Part shown: positions 37,471 to 47,184 of the stretch, piece after piece
Layout: each line of letters opens with the position of its first letter
Numbering within the stretch: position 1 is the first letter of the stretch
Source: Candidatus Woesearchaeota archaeon
GTDB lineage: Archaea; Nanobdellota; Nanobdellia; Woesearchaeales; JACPBV01
Length of the DNA stretch: 64,000 nt
Assembly (NCBI GenBank): GCA_019322475.1
Contig: JAHWIN010000011.1
Span: forward strand, 495-64,494
Reading direction: 5' to 3'
Made by a program: the position numbers and the translations under genes
The notes under the pieces: generated by a model
The model's database searches: none
What the model saw: only the letters and a program-made list of their open reading frames with translations
Told to the model about the DNA's origin: nothing

Positions 37471-38217
37471 CTAGTACACTTTAAAAAGCTTTCTTAATGC
37501 TATGCTGAATATGATTGATAACAGGATATATGTCCCAAGCCATCCAAGCTTCCATCCAAAAAGGTTAAGCACCTTTATCTTGTTGTTGTCTACGCTTATC
37601 TGCTTTACGGTCTTGTCCTTGACCTGTTCTATGGGCTTGCTGTATTTCTGTTCCTCATTTATCGTAAGCTCTTTTGTATAGCTTTTATGGCCTATATTGT
37701 ACTCAAGAAGGTATTCTCCCTCCTCTCCTTTTAGTATCCATTTCGTTTCCCCGTCGCTTATGGTCTTGTTTAGCTCCCCATCACTTTCTATGCCGTTGGG
37801 AAGAACAAGCTCAACATCCCCCTTCACATTTTCATAAAAAGACATGGTTGTTGTAAACTCCTGGCTGGGCCTTATAGGAGAATACGCAAGGTTTGCATTC
37901 ATCCATCCGAATATCAGTATTATCGGTATAAATGTAAAAAGCATGGACCTCATAGAATGGGTCATGTATTTCATGTTCGTCTGCATGGCTTTCTTCTGGA
38001 CCTGCATCATCTTTTGGGGCTCGCTCCTTAGCTCCTTCATCTCTTTCTGCAGCTCCTTCATCTCTCCCTTGAGATCCTTCATAAGGCTCTGGTTGGTGGT
38101 GTACTTATAGATGGCTGTTATCAGTACAGTTATCAAAAAAGCCATTATGACTACCACCCAGAGAATAGGCAGTTTTAGTAATGGGTCAAATATTGGGCTT
38201 AATATACCTTCTAGCAT
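37471..38217 (-). CDS. DUF106-family membrane protein (archaeal Oxa1/YidC/EMC3-like insertase)
   Basis: TM1, then a coiled-coil 'MKDLKGEMKELQKEMKELR', then TM2 and TM3. It lies immediately downstream of secY as in other archaea, and has an extra ~90-aa C-terminal domain. Confidence 0.55.
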   Translation of the reverse strand: MLEGILSPIFDPLLKLPILWVVVIMAFLITVLITAIYKYTTNQSLMKDLKGEMKELQKEMKELRSEPQKMMQVQKKAMQTNMKYMTHSMRSMLFTFIPIILIFGWMNANLAYSPIRPSQEFTTTMSFYENVKGDVELVLPNGIESDGELNKTISDGETKWILKGEEGEYLLEYNIGHKSYTKELTINEEQKYSKPIEQVKDKTVKQISVDNNKIKVLNLFGWKLGWLGTYILLSIIFSIALRKLFKVY

Positions 38218-38241
38218 TTTATATTATACCTCTTTTTTGTT

Positions 38242-39648
38242 TTAGCTTATAAACTTTCTCATAGCAGGGTACATGTCCATCATGTGCTGCTTGGCTATCT
38301 CTTCATATAGGCTGTATACTATCATGACAGCAAGCAGGATGCCCATCCCGCTGCTTAAGCAGCTGCTTAGGTCAGCAAGTGCTGCCAAGAGCCCCACTGC
38401 TATGCCCCCCATTATGGTCAGGGGCCAGATATACCTTTTAAGCAGGCTTTCAAGTACCCTTTGATCCCTTCTGAAACCGGGTATCTGAAGACCTGATGCC
38501 ATCATCTGCTTAGCCTGTGATTTAGCGTCCATGCCTGATGTCTGGACCCAGAATATGCTGAATATTACAGATCCGCCCACCATGAATAATGTGTATACAG
38601 ATGCCTGTATTAGGTGCTCTCCCGTCAATGAATGGGTGAGTATGTTGGTGACTACCTGGGGATGCTGCATCCAATATACAAAACCCCCTACAAGCTGTCC
38701 GCTTCCCTCGCTGAATCTTGCAAATATGTTAGGCCCTATCCAGTTCTGCATCAGCCTCCCCCAAAGCTGGAAATTAGCCATCAATGCAGCTACAAGTATG
38801 ACTGGGATGTTGCTTGTATATAGGAATGCCAGCGGCCACCTTATGCCCTGCCCCCTAACTCTTCCAAAAGAAAGTGGTATTTCAACCTTCATCGCTTGGG
38901 CATAGACCACCACCATAAAGACCAGCGCTGTTGATATCAGTGCAGCAAGCTTGATTCCTGCAGTGGTTGGGTCTCCTGCAGCCAATGCCTGGAATAATGC
39001 AGGTACAGCCCCTACAGAATATGTTACACCTGTCAATCCTCCTGGCCCCGGAAGCCAGTTCAATGCCTGGATAAATATCTGCTGTGAGACTCCCGCAGCT
39101 ATGAACAGTGATACTCCTGAACCAAAGCCCCACTTGCTGACAACCTCATCAAGGAATAATATGAGCATGCCCCCTAAAAAAAGCTGGAATACGAGCAGAA
39201 GCTGTATCTGGAAGAAAAGAGGTGTTCCTCTCAATGCCTCAGGCGGAGAAAGGCCGCCCATAAATACATATACTACAGCCTCAAATATCGTGAAGAATAT
39301 TGCCAGCAGCTTTTGGATCCCCTCAAAGTTCTTCTTCCCTTCTGTTGTGGTAAGGTCAAACTTTACTATCTCAGACCCGTTCAAAAGCTGCAAGACGATA
39401 GAGGCAGTGACTATAGGCCCTATCCCTAATGATACTATGGATCCGAAATTAGCTGCCAGTATTATTGAAAGGTATTCAAACTGCGCTAGTTTGTTTGGGC
39501 CTAGCCCGAAAAGCGGCATAAGCCCAAGAACAAAGAATATGACCAGTACTATCAATGTCCATTTTAGCTTTTCTTTAAAGGACAGTTTTTTTTGGGTTGG
39601 GCCGCCAACCTCAGGAAGATTGTCAAGAATGGTTCTCCAGATAGACAT
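38242..39648 (-). CDS. secY: preprotein translocase subunit SecY
   Basis: 468 aa with ten TM helices and SecY blocks such as 'GLGPNKLAQFEYLSIILAANFGS' and 'GSGVSLFIAAGV'. It terminates the r-protein operon. Confidence 0.9.
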   Translation of the reverse strand: MSIWRTILDNLPEVGGPTQKKLSFKEKLKWTLIVLVIFFVLGLMPLFGLGPNKLAQFEYLSIILAANFGSIVSLGIGPIVTASIVLQLLNGSEIVKFDLTTTEGKKNFEGIQKLLAIFFTIFEAVVYVFMGGLSPPEALRGTPLFFQIQLLLVFQLFLGGMLILFLDEVVSKWGFGSGVSLFIAAGVSQQIFIQALNWLPGPGGLTGVTYSVGAVPALFQALAAGDPTTAGIKLAALISTALVFMVVVYAQAMKVEIPLSFGRVRGQGIRWPLAFLYTSNIPVILVAALMANFQLWGRLMQNWIGPNIFARFSEGSGQLVGGFVYWMQHPQVVTNILTHSLTGEHLIQASVYTLFMVGGSVIFSIFWVQTSGMDAKSQAKQMMASGLQIPGFRRDQRVLESLLKRYIWPLTIMGGIAVGLLAALADLSSCLSSGMGILLAVMIVYSLYEEIAKQHMMDMYPAMRKFIS

Positions 39649-39649
39649 T

Positions 39650-40102
39650 TTACTTGGGAGGCTTTGCCTCTTCTTTTTTTATGCTGCTCAAGATGACCTC
39701 TCCGCCAGCCTTTTTGACTTTCTCTACAGCATTTTTAGATGCACTTTCGACCTTTATCTTTAGTTTGGAATCGATTCTGCCCCTTCCTAGGAGCTTGCCA
39801 TACCCTAATTTCCCCAGGTCGATGAGGTTCCCTTCCTTCAGGAAGATTTCAGGATGTTCACATATGAGATCGAGATTGACAGCTTTTGCCTCTTTCCTTG
39901 CGCCTTTGGTCTTGAACCCGTGCTTTCCGAAATATTTCTTGTCCTTCCAGTATCTTGGCTTCATGGCATCTCCCCTTTTTCCGCTGCCTGCCATGCCTCT
40001 TCCGCCTCTGCTTCCGGCACCCCTGTGCTTTTTCTTGCTGCCCCATCCGTGGGTATGTGTGCCTCTCTGCCTGCTGAATTTCTTTCTTTTGTTGATTGTC
40101 AT
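39650..40102 (-). CDS. rpl15: ribosomal protein uL15
   Basis: The Gly/Arg-rich N-terminus 'THGWGSKKKHRGAGSRGGRGMAG' is typical of L15. Confidence 0.85.
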   Translation of the reverse strand: MTINKRKKFSRQRGTHTHGWGSKKKHRGAGSRGGRGMAGSGKRGDAMKPRYWKDKKYFGKHGFKTKGARKEAKAVNLDLICEHPEIFLKEGNLIDLGKLGYGKLLGRGRIDSKLKIKVESASKNAVEKVKKAGGEVILSSIKKEEAKPPK

Positions 40103-40534
40103 TTAGATCATCCTTTTCAATAGGTCATTGATCTTATCTCCCCTGTACCCCAATGCCCCGTGGGACTTGAACCCCACTTTTATGCCTTTTCTTCCGAAAC
40201 CCTTTTTAGGGGGGCTGAGCCTGAAGAAAGGCTTGATCTTCTTTCCGTCGATAACTATAAACTTAGAGTCATACTTTATCCTGCCTTTCCTGTCTTCACC
40301 CCTTCCTTTGAATTCTTCCCCTCTTTTTTCCACTACCTCTTTATGCATCTCATCGCTTATCTCCCCATAGGTTACAAAGTCCTTGACCTTGTTGATCATG
40401 CCTTTATAGGTAGGATTGTCCTCTACTATAGTGCAGTAATTCTTCCTGTACAGTCTTAAAAGGGTTAAGGTGTCCTTGATGTCTCCCTTTACGTTTATGG
40501 ATCCTCTAACCCTTACTATTGCTATCTTGCTCAT
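40103..40534 (-). CDS. rpl30: ribosomal protein uL30
   Basis: 'IAIVRVRGSINV' and 'TLLRLYRKNYCTIV' are L30 signatures. Confidence 0.8.
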   Translation of the reverse strand: MSKIAIVRVRGSINVKGDIKDTLTLLRLYRKNYCTIVEDNPTYKGMINKVKDFVTYGEISDEMHKEVVEKRGEEFKGRGEDRKGRIKYDSKFIVIDGKKIKPFFRLSPPKKGFGRKGIKVGFKSHGALGYRGDKINDLLKRMI

Positions 40535-41399
40535 TTTCCTCTGCCTTCTCGCATATTTTTCCTTCTACTATCCCAAGCTCTTCAAAATGCTTTGTGCTTG
40601 CTTTCACCTTGACCAGCTGGTTAAGGGCGTCAAAGCAGGCTGATAGAAGGTTGCTTTTTGTCTTTGTCTGCCCTTTTGTTTTTGACCATATGTCCTTGAT
40701 GCCTGCAAGCTTTAATACCTTTTGGCATTCGTTCTCTACCCTCAGCCCTGTCCCTTTTGGGGCAGGGATCAGCTCGATGACGCATGACCCGCATTTGCCT
40801 TTCACTGCAAAAGGGATTGTATGCGCCTCTTTGCACCCGCATTGCCATGACCCGCATCCTCTCCTTATCTTTATTATGTTTAGTTTGGACCTTCTTAGCG
40901 CTTTTTCTCTTGCAGGCACGGTTTCTTTGCTTTTCCCATATCCTAATCCTACATGGCCGTTATTGTCTCCCATAGCAGCAAATATGGCAAAATGGGGCTT
41001 GTTCCCTTCCTGGGTCTTTTTCTGTGTCTGCTTGAATATCCTTCTTTTTCCCCCTCCAAACTTCCCTTTTGACTGCCCTATCAATAAAAGGTCGGTTGAC
41101 AGGTTAGGGAGCAGAACATCTATGATCTCAGCTTCCAGTACCTTAAGCCCTTTGTCCATTATCTCATCAATATCCTTTATTTCTTCATCCTTTACCTTCT
41201 GGCCCAGGCTTGTTTTTGGTTTCCATGCAGTCTTGTCAAATCCTCTCTTGTCCTTGATCTCCTGGACTATCTGTTTTTCTACGTTTCCTACTTTCTCTTG
41301 ATTAGGTTTATTTTCTTCTTCAGGCATTTTATGCACCCATAATCTTGTTTTTTGTTTCTTCGAATTTATCTCCATTAAAATCCTTGATGTGTTTTCCAT
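40506..41399 (-). CDS. rps5: ribosomal protein uS5 (with an unusual Cys cluster)
   Basis: S5 dsRBD and C-terminal domain. The segment 'GCGSWQCGCKEAHTIPFAVKGKCGSCVIELIPAPKGTG' has five Cys where other archaeal uS5 have one. Confidence 0.8.
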   Translation of the reverse strand: MENTSRILMEINSKKQKTRLWVHKMPEEENKPNQEKVGNVEKQIVQEIKDKRGFDKTAWKPKTSLGQKVKDEEIKDIDEIMDKGLKVLEAEIIDVLLPNLSTDLLLIGQSKGKFGGGKRRIFKQTQKKTQEGNKPHFAIFAAMGDNNGHVGLGYGKSKETVPAREKALRRSKLNIIKIRRGCGSWQCGCKEAHTIPFAVKGKCGSCVIELIPAPKGTGLRVENECQKVLKLAGIKDIWSKTKGQTKTKSNLLSACFDALNQLVKVKASTKHFEELGIVEGKICEKAEENEQDSNSKG

Positions 41400-41811
41400 T
41401 TATCCTGTCATCTGCAGGAAGTATGCTTTTTGAATGGGGTATATTTATTTCTGCGTCAACACATCCTTTTAAAAGGGCATATATCCTTGAGCCCTTGACA
41501 GACTTTTGAAGCCCCATATCGAAGATAAGGTCCTTGATTCCTTTTTTCTTGGCTTTGCTTCCTATCAGCACCCCTACAAGATAGGCTGAAGGTATGTTCC
41601 CTTTGTTTCCTTCATATCCGTATTTTTTTAGCTCAGAGCTGTGCCCTGCCAATATTACCTTATCCCCGTTTTCACCGTATTCTGTTATCTGGGCTGATAT
41701 GTTCTTCAGGCTTTTTCTTACTACAAGCCTGGGCTTATTTGAGGATAATATCCTTAGCCTTTTCCTATAATCTGTTTTTCCGTTCTTTTTTCTTTTAAAG
41801 CCCAGTTTCAT
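41329..41811 (-). CDS. rpl18: ribosomal protein uL18
   Basis: 'TDYRKRLRILSSNKPRLVVRKS' is the L18 signature. The tracked N-terminus overlaps rps5, so the true start is probably internal. Confidence 0.8.
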   Translation of the reverse strand: MKLGFKRKKNGKTDYRKRLRILSSNKPRLVVRKSLKNISAQITEYGENGDKVILAGHSSELKKYGYEGNKGNIPSAYLVGVLIGSKAKKKGIKDLIFDMGLQKSVKGSRIYALLKGCVDAEINIPHSKSILPADDRINGKHIKDFNGDKFEETKNKIMGA

Positions 41812-42251
41812 TTTTTCATCATCTCTTCCAGATACAGCTTGATATGCCGTCTGCTCCTGAAAAATCCTCCTTTGGATCTTAGGTAAATATCCTTATAGGT
41901 TGCATTGTCGATTATTTTTTTCTCTTTCAGCTCCTTTAGCAGTTTCCTTTGGGACCTTATCTTGTTCATCCACTCCTTCTTTTTGGGTATCCTTGCCCCT
42001 CTGCTGCCCCTTATTGAGCCCATCCCTTTTTGTTTCCCTTTTCTTTTTTGCACAAGCCGCTTCCTGGCTCTTCCTCTTGAAACGCCCTTAACATGGACCT
42101 TGCTTATGGCCTTGTCTTTTATAAGGCTTCTTATGTCTGCCTTGGTTATCGATTCCTTTATCTCCTCTAGCCTGTCCTGGTCTAATCTTATCCTCTTCTT
42201 AGAGCATTTCAATATCTGGGCAGCCAGCCTTTTGCGCTTGTTTAGTTTCAT
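41808..42251 (-). CDS. rpl19e: ribosomal protein eL19
   Basis: 'LKLNKRKRLAAQILKCSKKRIRLD' is the eL19 N-terminal signature. Confidence 0.85.
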   Translation of the reverse strand: MKLNKRKRLAAQILKCSKKRIRLDQDRLEEIKESITKADIRSLIKDKAISKVHVKGVSRGRARKRLVQKRKGKQKGMGSIRGSRGARIPKKKEWMNKIRSQRKLLKELKEKKIIDNATYKDIYLRSKGGFFRSRRHIKLYLEEMMKK

Positions 42252-42268
42252 TTTTTATCGTTACGCCC

Positions 42269-42841
42269 TTAAATTTCCCTTTTTGTGAGAAGCTTGTCTT
42301 TCTCTTTCTTCTCATTTTCTTTCTTTTCTTCGTCGGTTAGCTTCTCCTCAAGTTTTTCTCCTTCCTTGCTTTTTTCCTCTTTCTTCTTTTTCTTCTTCTC
42401 TTCCTTGACCTTTTTATTATCAAGCCTGTTTTTTAGGCCCTCTTCCTTCCTTTTCAGGTACTCATCAGCATCAAGGTTTATTATCTTTATTCCATCTTCT
42501 TTTGCTTTTTTCAGCAGCATGATCTTGTTCTTAAGGTTGACGCATGAAGCTATGATTGCCCCTTCTTTCTCCTTATCTGCCCTGCTCAATTCCTCTTTAT
42601 TGTGTATTATCCTTATCTTTAGTCCCTCTCTGCTTAAGCCCCTTGTTCCTTTTGGGCCCCCATAGCCTGTAGAGACCTTTCTGGCATGGCCTTTTTTCTT
42701 CAGCCTTATCTTTGAATGAAGCCCCCTTGGCTTTACCCATCTCTTCTTAAGCCTTTTTTTATGGGCATCCTGCCTTATAAAGCTGGGCTTTTTAAGTTTC
42801 ATGTTTTTTCTCACTTCCAACAGCCGGTTTATTTCGCTCAT
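42269..42841 (-). CDS. rpl32e: ribosomal protein eL32 with a K/E-rich C-terminal extension
   Basis: 'WVKPRGLHSKIRLKKKGH' is the eL32 core. It is followed by about 60 aa of KEK-rich low-complexity sequence. Confidence 0.8.
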   Translation of the reverse strand: MSEINRLLEVRKNMKLKKPSFIRQDAHKKRLKKRWVKPRGLHSKIRLKKKGHARKVSTGYGGPKGTRGLSREGLKIRIIHNKEELSRADKEKEGAIIASCVNLKNKIMLLKKAKEDGIKIINLDADEYLKRKEEGLKNRLDNKKVKEEKKKKKKEEKSKEGEKLEEKLTDEEKKENEKKEKDKLLTKREI

Positions 42842-42869
42842 TTTATCTTCACTGCATCTGCATGCCTTT

Positions 42870-43430
42870 TTATTCTATGGTCTTTTCCCCTTTAGAGGTT
42901 ATATAGCATCCATCTTGGAATATCCTTCGGTCATATTTGGTTCTTTGAACCTTCTGTTCTATGTCAGCCGCAACCTGGCTTGCCAGCTCTTTATCAGGTG
43001 ACCTTACTATTATTATGTCCCCTTCAACCTTCACATCAGCCCCTTCCTTTATCTTAAGTATCCTTGGGATCTTCTCCCCGAAAAAATTCTTTATTATAAG
43101 CTCATCTCCTTTTACAGAAACGTTCATAGGAAAATGCCCCGAGCAGATCTTTAGCCTGTAATCATAGCTTTCATTTGCCCCCTTTAGCATGTTCTTTATA
43201 TGGGCTCTGAATGTATTTACAAGCTTCTGCTCTCTTTTGGTGGATCTTAGCGCCTTTAGCACTATCTTGTTCCCTTCCTTGCTTATGCTTATCCTTGGAT
43301 TAAAAAGCTTTTTGGAAGCCTCTCCGGCCTTCCCCTGTACCTTTACTAAAGGCCCGGCTACCTCAGCCTTGATCCCCTCTGGAATTTCTATCTCAGCCTT
43401 TATTTCCTTTTTTTCTTTGGCCATTTTCAT
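42870..43430 (-). CDS. rpl6: ribosomal protein uL6
   Basis: Duplicated L6 alpha/beta domains ('GHFPMNVSVKGDELIIKNFFGEK'). Confidence 0.85.
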   Translation of the reverse strand: MKMAKEKKEIKAEIEIPEGIKAEVAGPLVKVQGKAGEASKKLFNPRISISKEGNKIVLKALRSTKREQKLVNTFRAHIKNMLKGANESYDYRLKICSGHFPMNVSVKGDELIIKNFFGEKIPRILKIKEGADVKVEGDIIIVRSPDKELASQVAADIEQKVQRTKYDRRIFQDGCYITSKGEKTIE

Positions 43431-43476
43431 CTGGTTTTGATCATCAGGTGCATATTTGTCTTGCAGCCCCCTGTTT

Positions 43477-43866
43477 TCAGTAGCAGTAAGCTATAAGTTT
43501 TCCTCCCAATCCTTTTTTCTTGGCTTCATTATGCATCATTATCCCTTTAGGCGTAGATACAAAGACTATCCCAAAATCCTTTGCAGGAAGATACCTTTTC
43601 TCGAATTTTTCATAGCCGTCTTTCTTGACGCTGTATCTTGGCTTTATGGCGCCGCATTTGTTCAGCTTGCCTAGAAGATTGACATTTATCACGCTGCCTT
43701 TAGATGTTATAGTCTCTTCAAATGACCCTATGTACCCGTTTTCGTTCATTATCCTGAGCACTTCCTTGATTATCTTGGAGCAGGGCCGTATATTGCACTC
43801 TTTCTTTCCTATCTTCTCTAGGCTTAATATGGCCGATAAAGCCGTTGCTAATGTGTCATTCAGCAT
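43477..43866 (-). CDS. rps8: ribosomal protein uS8
   Basis: 'DTLATALSAI' and 'GYIGSFEE' are S8 signatures. Confidence 0.85.
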   Translation of the reverse strand: MLNDTLATALSAILSLEKIGKKECNIRPCSKIIKEVLRIMNENGYIGSFEETITSKGSVINVNLLGKLNKCGAIKPRYSVKKDGYEKFEKRYLPAKDFGIVFVSTPKGIMMHNEAKKKGLGGKLIAYCY

Positions 43867-43875
43867 TTTTTGACC

Positions 43876-44106
43876 TCAGTTATATTTTTTAAAGCTTAGT
43901 TTGGTAGCGATGTTTCTAAAGCATCTTCTGCATACGTTCAGGCTGTATTTGCCTATGTGCCCTCTTGGGCTTCCGCATATCCTGCAGTGTTTGGTGGTTG
44001 GCCCGAATTTTCTTTCCTTGGGGGCATTATGCTTTAAAAATCTTTTAAGCTTGACAGGCTTTGCCTCCAGCTGCTTGAAGACTTTCCTATGGTCCGAATA
44101 AGTCAT
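43876..44106 (-). CDS. rps14: ribosomal protein uS14 (zinc-binding type)
   Basis: 'CRICGSPRGHIGKYSLNVCRRCFR' is the four-Cys S14 type-Z motif. Confidence 0.85.
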   Translation of the reverse strand: MTYSDHRKVFKQLEAKPVKLKRFLKHNAPKERKFGPTTKHCRICGSPRGHIGKYSLNVCRRCFRNIATKLSFKKYN

Positions 44107-44108
44107 TA

Positions 44109-44618
44109 TTATTCACCTACCTCAACATTGAATTTTTTCTTCATGAACTCTATTGCCTCTTCTTTCTTTATCCTGTTCTTAGGGGCTATCTTTTTCCTCA
44201 TTATCCTCCTTCTTTTTATCCTGAATCCGGGCCTTTCAAAAGTTACACAGGCCTCAAGCCCCATTATCCCTATCTTAGGGTCATACTTGACCCCCTGTAT
44301 GTCTATATACTCATTGATTCCGAATGCTATGTTTCCTTCTTTGTCAAACTGCTTTATGCTTAGCTTATTCTCCTTAGCGTCCAATAGCTTGATAAGGGCC
44401 TCTTCAGCCTTTTTCCTTCTTAATGTAAGCTTGCACCCTATTGGTAGCCCTGGCCTCAATCCCCATCCGGGGATCCTTTTTTTTGTAAATGTTTTAACGG
44501 GGTCTATCCCGGTTATCATCTTTAAGAGCAGCATGCCTTTCTCCAGCTTGGACTGGTCTTTTCCTGCCCCTATGTTAAGCGTAACCTTCTCTATCCGTAT
44601 CTCTTTCATAACGTTCAT
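44109..44618 (-). CDS. rpl5: ribosomal protein uL5
   Basis: L5 blocks 'IEKVTLNIG' and 'GFRIKRR'. Confidence 0.85.
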   Translation of the reverse strand: MNVMKEIRIEKVTLNIGAGKDQSKLEKGMLLLKMITGIDPVKTFTKKRIPGWGLRPGLPIGCKLTLRRKKAEEALIKLLDAKENKLSIKQFDKEGNIAFGINEYIDIQGVKYDPKIGIMGLEACVTFERPGFRIKRRRIMRKKIAPKNRIKKEEAIEFMKKKFNVEVGE

Positions 44619-44619
44619 T

Positions 44620-45312
44620 TTATTCCTTTATTTTCAGTGAGATTGCGGGCTTGTCTTTTCCCACGACAAAAACATACTTTTTCAGGGTTTCTACCATATC
44701 TCCCTTTTCCCCTTTATAGATGACCTTGTTTAGTATGACATCCTCTATCTTCCCGATATCCCCTACGTGTTTCCCCCCTATAAGGTACACACAGCATCCT
44801 TTTTCAAGCTTTATGTGCTCCTTTATCTCATGTTTAGGGAGGCTGATGATTACAGTATCTCCTACCCTGTAGCTGTCTTTTTCTGTCAATATATTCTTTC
44901 CGTCATAAAGGTTGAGCTGGACTTTCCCCCCTACCTTGGTCTTTCCGGTGATCCTGCAGGGTTTGATAGCAGATTCCTTCTTGTCTATTGGAATGATGCT
45001 GATCTTGCCTTTATCGAGCAGGGCCCTGAATCTCTCGTCGCTTTCCTTTACCTCTATAACATCCATAAGGCCTACAGGAAACTTTAGTTCATCCCTCCTG
45101 ACCCCGTCTATTAGTACATTTTTCTCATGGAGCATCCTTTTTGCCTCTTTTGAGTTCTTGGCTGTTCCCAATATGTCTCTTATCACCAGCTTAAGCGGGA
45201 GCCCCATGCTGATAGGGTGGGGTCCGGGGCACGCCTTTGTGACAAAAGTTACCCCCCTTTTTTTTATAGGCCATGATCTGGGGATTGCCAGCCTTTTTAG
45301 GTGTGATTTCAT
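44620..45312 (-). CDS. rps4e: ribosomal protein eS4
   Basis: 'HLKRLAIPRSWPIKKRG' is the eS4 N-terminus. The protein also has S4 and KOW domains. Confidence 0.85.
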   Translation of the reverse strand: MKSHLKRLAIPRSWPIKKRGVTFVTKACPGPHPISMGLPLKLVIRDILGTAKNSKEAKRMLHEKNVLIDGVRRDELKFPVGLMDVIEVKESDERFRALLDKGKISIIPIDKKESAIKPCRITGKTKVGGKVQLNLYDGKNILTEKDSYRVGDTVIISLPKHEIKEHIKLEKGCCVYLIGGKHVGDIGKIEDVILNKVIYKGEKGDMVETLKKYVFVVGKDKPAISLKIKE

Positions 45313-45767
45313 TTTTTCTCCTTTCTTCCCTCTGTTGTTTGGATCCCTCTTTTCCTGTCGATTATCTTCTGCCTCATCTTGTCATCAAGATTAAGCTCGG
45401 TTATCATCAGGTTTGAAGGGTTGATCATATATGTTGTCTTGCTTCCCTCTTTCTTGCTTATCTCTATTCCGCTTATCCTTGCTTTCCCTTTCTTTAGGTC
45501 GACTTTTTCTACGTTCCCTCTGTGTTTCTTGAACTGGCCCCTCATCACCTTTACCTTGTCGCCTTTTTTTAGCCCCAGGCTCCTGATCTTATACTTCTTT
45601 ATGAGCTCCTTTGAAAGATGGGAATGGGCAAACTTCTGTTTTATGTGCAGGGGAGCATTATACCTGTATTTCCTTTGCTTCCTTACCTGCTTGCTGCTTT
45701 TCCACTTGGCTGAAAATTTTTTCTTCATTATACCACTATCCTTGCCATCTTGGCTACACCGGGCCAC
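45309..45767 (-). CDS. rpl24: ribosomal protein uL24 (KOW)
   Basis: 'KKGDKVKVMRGQFKKHRGNVEKV' is the L24 KOW motif. Confidence 0.8.
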   Translation of the reverse strand: MARCSQDGKDSGIMKKKFSAKWKSSKQVRKQRKYRYNAPLHIKQKFAHSHLSKELIKKYKIRSLGLKKGDKVKVMRGQFKKHRGNVEKVDLKKGKARISGIEISKKEGSKTTYMINPSNLMITELNLDDKMRQKIIDRKRGIQTTEGRKEKK

Positions 45768-46129
45768 CTTTCAGTGGCCTCTTTCGCTATTGGCCCCTTG
45801 AATATGGTCCCTTTGGGGTTTCCTTTCTCGTCCTTAAGTACGACTGCTGAATTATCCTCAAATTTTACGCTCATCCCATCCGGCCTTTTATACTCTTTTT
45901 TTTGCCTTACTATGACTGCCAGGACGGTCTGTTTTCTCATCTCAGGCTTCCCTCTGACTACAGATGCAAGTATCAGGTCTCCTACGCCTGCAGCCTGAAG
46001 CCTCCCCTTTACTGTCTTGTTCCTGTATACGCTGCAGACCTTTATTACTTTAGCTCCTGAATTGTCGCATGTGCTTACTTTCGCCCCTAATGGAAGGGCC
46101 CTAGTTACTTTCGCTTTTACCGCTTGCAT
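45728..46129 (-). CDS. rpl14: ribosomal protein uL14
   Basis: 'STCDNSGAKVIKV' and 'VLAVIVRQKK' are L14 signatures. Confidence 0.85.
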   Translation of the reverse strand: MQAVKAKVTRALPLGAKVSTCDNSGAKVIKVCSVYRNKTVKGRLQAAGVGDLILASVVRGKPEMRKQTVLAVIVRQKKEYKRPDGMSVKFEDNSAVVLKDEKGNPKGTIFKGPIAKEATERWPGVAKMARIVV

Positions 46130-46547
46130 CTTCTGCCTTCAACTCTTCCTTTTCTGTTTTTCTTGTTTTGCCCTCTTCCAGGGACTCTATCCTTTCCTCA
46201 AATCCTTTCTCTTTACCGAGGTTTTCTATTATCACAAAATTCTTTGTTTTGCTTAATGGCCTGCATTCAGATATCCTGACTATGTCCCCTTTCTTTGCAT
46301 TTATGCACGAGGGATTATGCGCTTTTAGCCTGGTCCTTCTTTTTTCATACCTTTCATACTTGGGGATATAAGCCTGCCTTATGAACTCTATCGTTGCAGT
46401 CTTTTGCATCTTTGTGGATATTATGACTCCTGTTAATATCTTTCCTCGGCATTTTAGGCTGCCGTGGAATGGACATCCTTTATCCTTGCATTCCTTTGCA
46501 TTTCCGGATTTTACTTTTATGCCTATATTCTTGCTCTTTCTTTCCAT
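46101..46547 (-). CDS. rps17: ribosomal protein uS17
   Basis: 'CPFHGSLKCRGKILTGVIISTKM' and 'KKGDIVRISECRPLSKTK' are S17 OB-fold signatures. Confidence 0.85.
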   Translation of the reverse strand: MERKSKNIGIKVKSGNAKECKDKGCPFHGSLKCRGKILTGVIISTKMQKTATIEFIRQAYIPKYERYEKRRTRLKAHNPSCINAKKGDIVRISECRPLSKTKNFVIIENLGKEKGFEERIESLEEGKTRKTEKEELKAEDASGKSESN

Positions 46548-46561
46548 TTTTTCCTCATGCT

Positions 46562-46870
46562 TTACATAATCTCTATGGTCTCTGGTGCAAAACCAGACTG
46601 GATAAGCATCTCTTTGACCTTCTGCTTATGGTCTCCTTGCAGCTCTATCTTTCCGTCTTTTGCTGTTCCGCCGCAAGCAAATTGTGTTTTTAGCTTTTTA
46701 GCCAGCCCCTTTAGGTTGATCTCTTTCTGATCTATGCCTTCAACGACAGTGCTTATCTTGTTGAACTTTTTCTTCACTGCTTTCACGATTATCTTCTGGC
46801 TTTCTTTCGCTATCGTTTCACAGACGCAAAGCTCTTTTGGTAATCCGCACTTGGTGCATATTTCGCTCAT
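46562..46870 (-). CDS. sui1: translation initiation factor aSUI1 (eIF1 homologue)
   Basis: N-terminal '[14 protein letters not shown]' Zn motif and a SUI1 domain '[31 protein letters not shown]'. Located inside the r-protein operon, as in other archaea. Confidence 0.75.
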   Translation of the reverse strand: MSEICTKCGLPKELCVCETIAKESQKIIVKAVKKKFNKISTVVEGIDQKEINLKGLAKKLKTQFACGGTAKDGKIELQGDHKQKVKEMLIQSGFAPETIEIM

Positions 46871-47184
46871 GTTTTGTTATCTGCCTCCGGTTTTTTTTCA
46901 TTTAATATCGTTAATATCCTTGCGATGTTCTTTTTTATCTGTTTGGCCTGGCCGGGGCTTTTAGGGGTCGTTCCTGTCGCTATCTGGGCATTTAGCTTGA
47001 TGAGCTCTTTCCTTAGTTCTGCCAGCTTAGCTTCAAGGTCCTCCTTACCCATTGACCTTAGTTCCTTTATCTTCATCCTTTTTCTCCCCTTTCTTCTTTT
47101 TATTCTCTTTTGGTTCTTCCTTCTTTTCCTTTTGGCTTTCTTTCTTCTTTTTGGTTTTACCCTCTTCTTTTGCGCTTTCCGCAT
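46867..47184 (-). CDS. rpl29: ribosomal protein uL29 (with a basic N-terminal extension)
   Basis: '[28 protein letters not shown]' is the L29 core. The tracked ORF adds a 36-aa K/R-rich N-terminus, so the true start may be the internal Met. Confidence 0.8.
   Translation of the reverse strand: MRKAQKKRVKPKRRKKAKRKRRKNQKRIKRRKGRKRMKIKELRSMGKEDLEAKLAELRKELIKLNAQIATGTTPKSPGQAKQIKKNIARILTILNEKKPEADNKT

Noticed and set aside
39654-40123. Plus-strand ORFs (150 aa and 89 aa) antisense to rpl15/rpl30, and similar antisense ORFs across 40-51 kb
   Set aside because: They are shadow ORFs on the opposite strand of highly conserved ribosomal protein genes. Their composition is low-complexity (S/L/F/P-rich) and no motifs were found.
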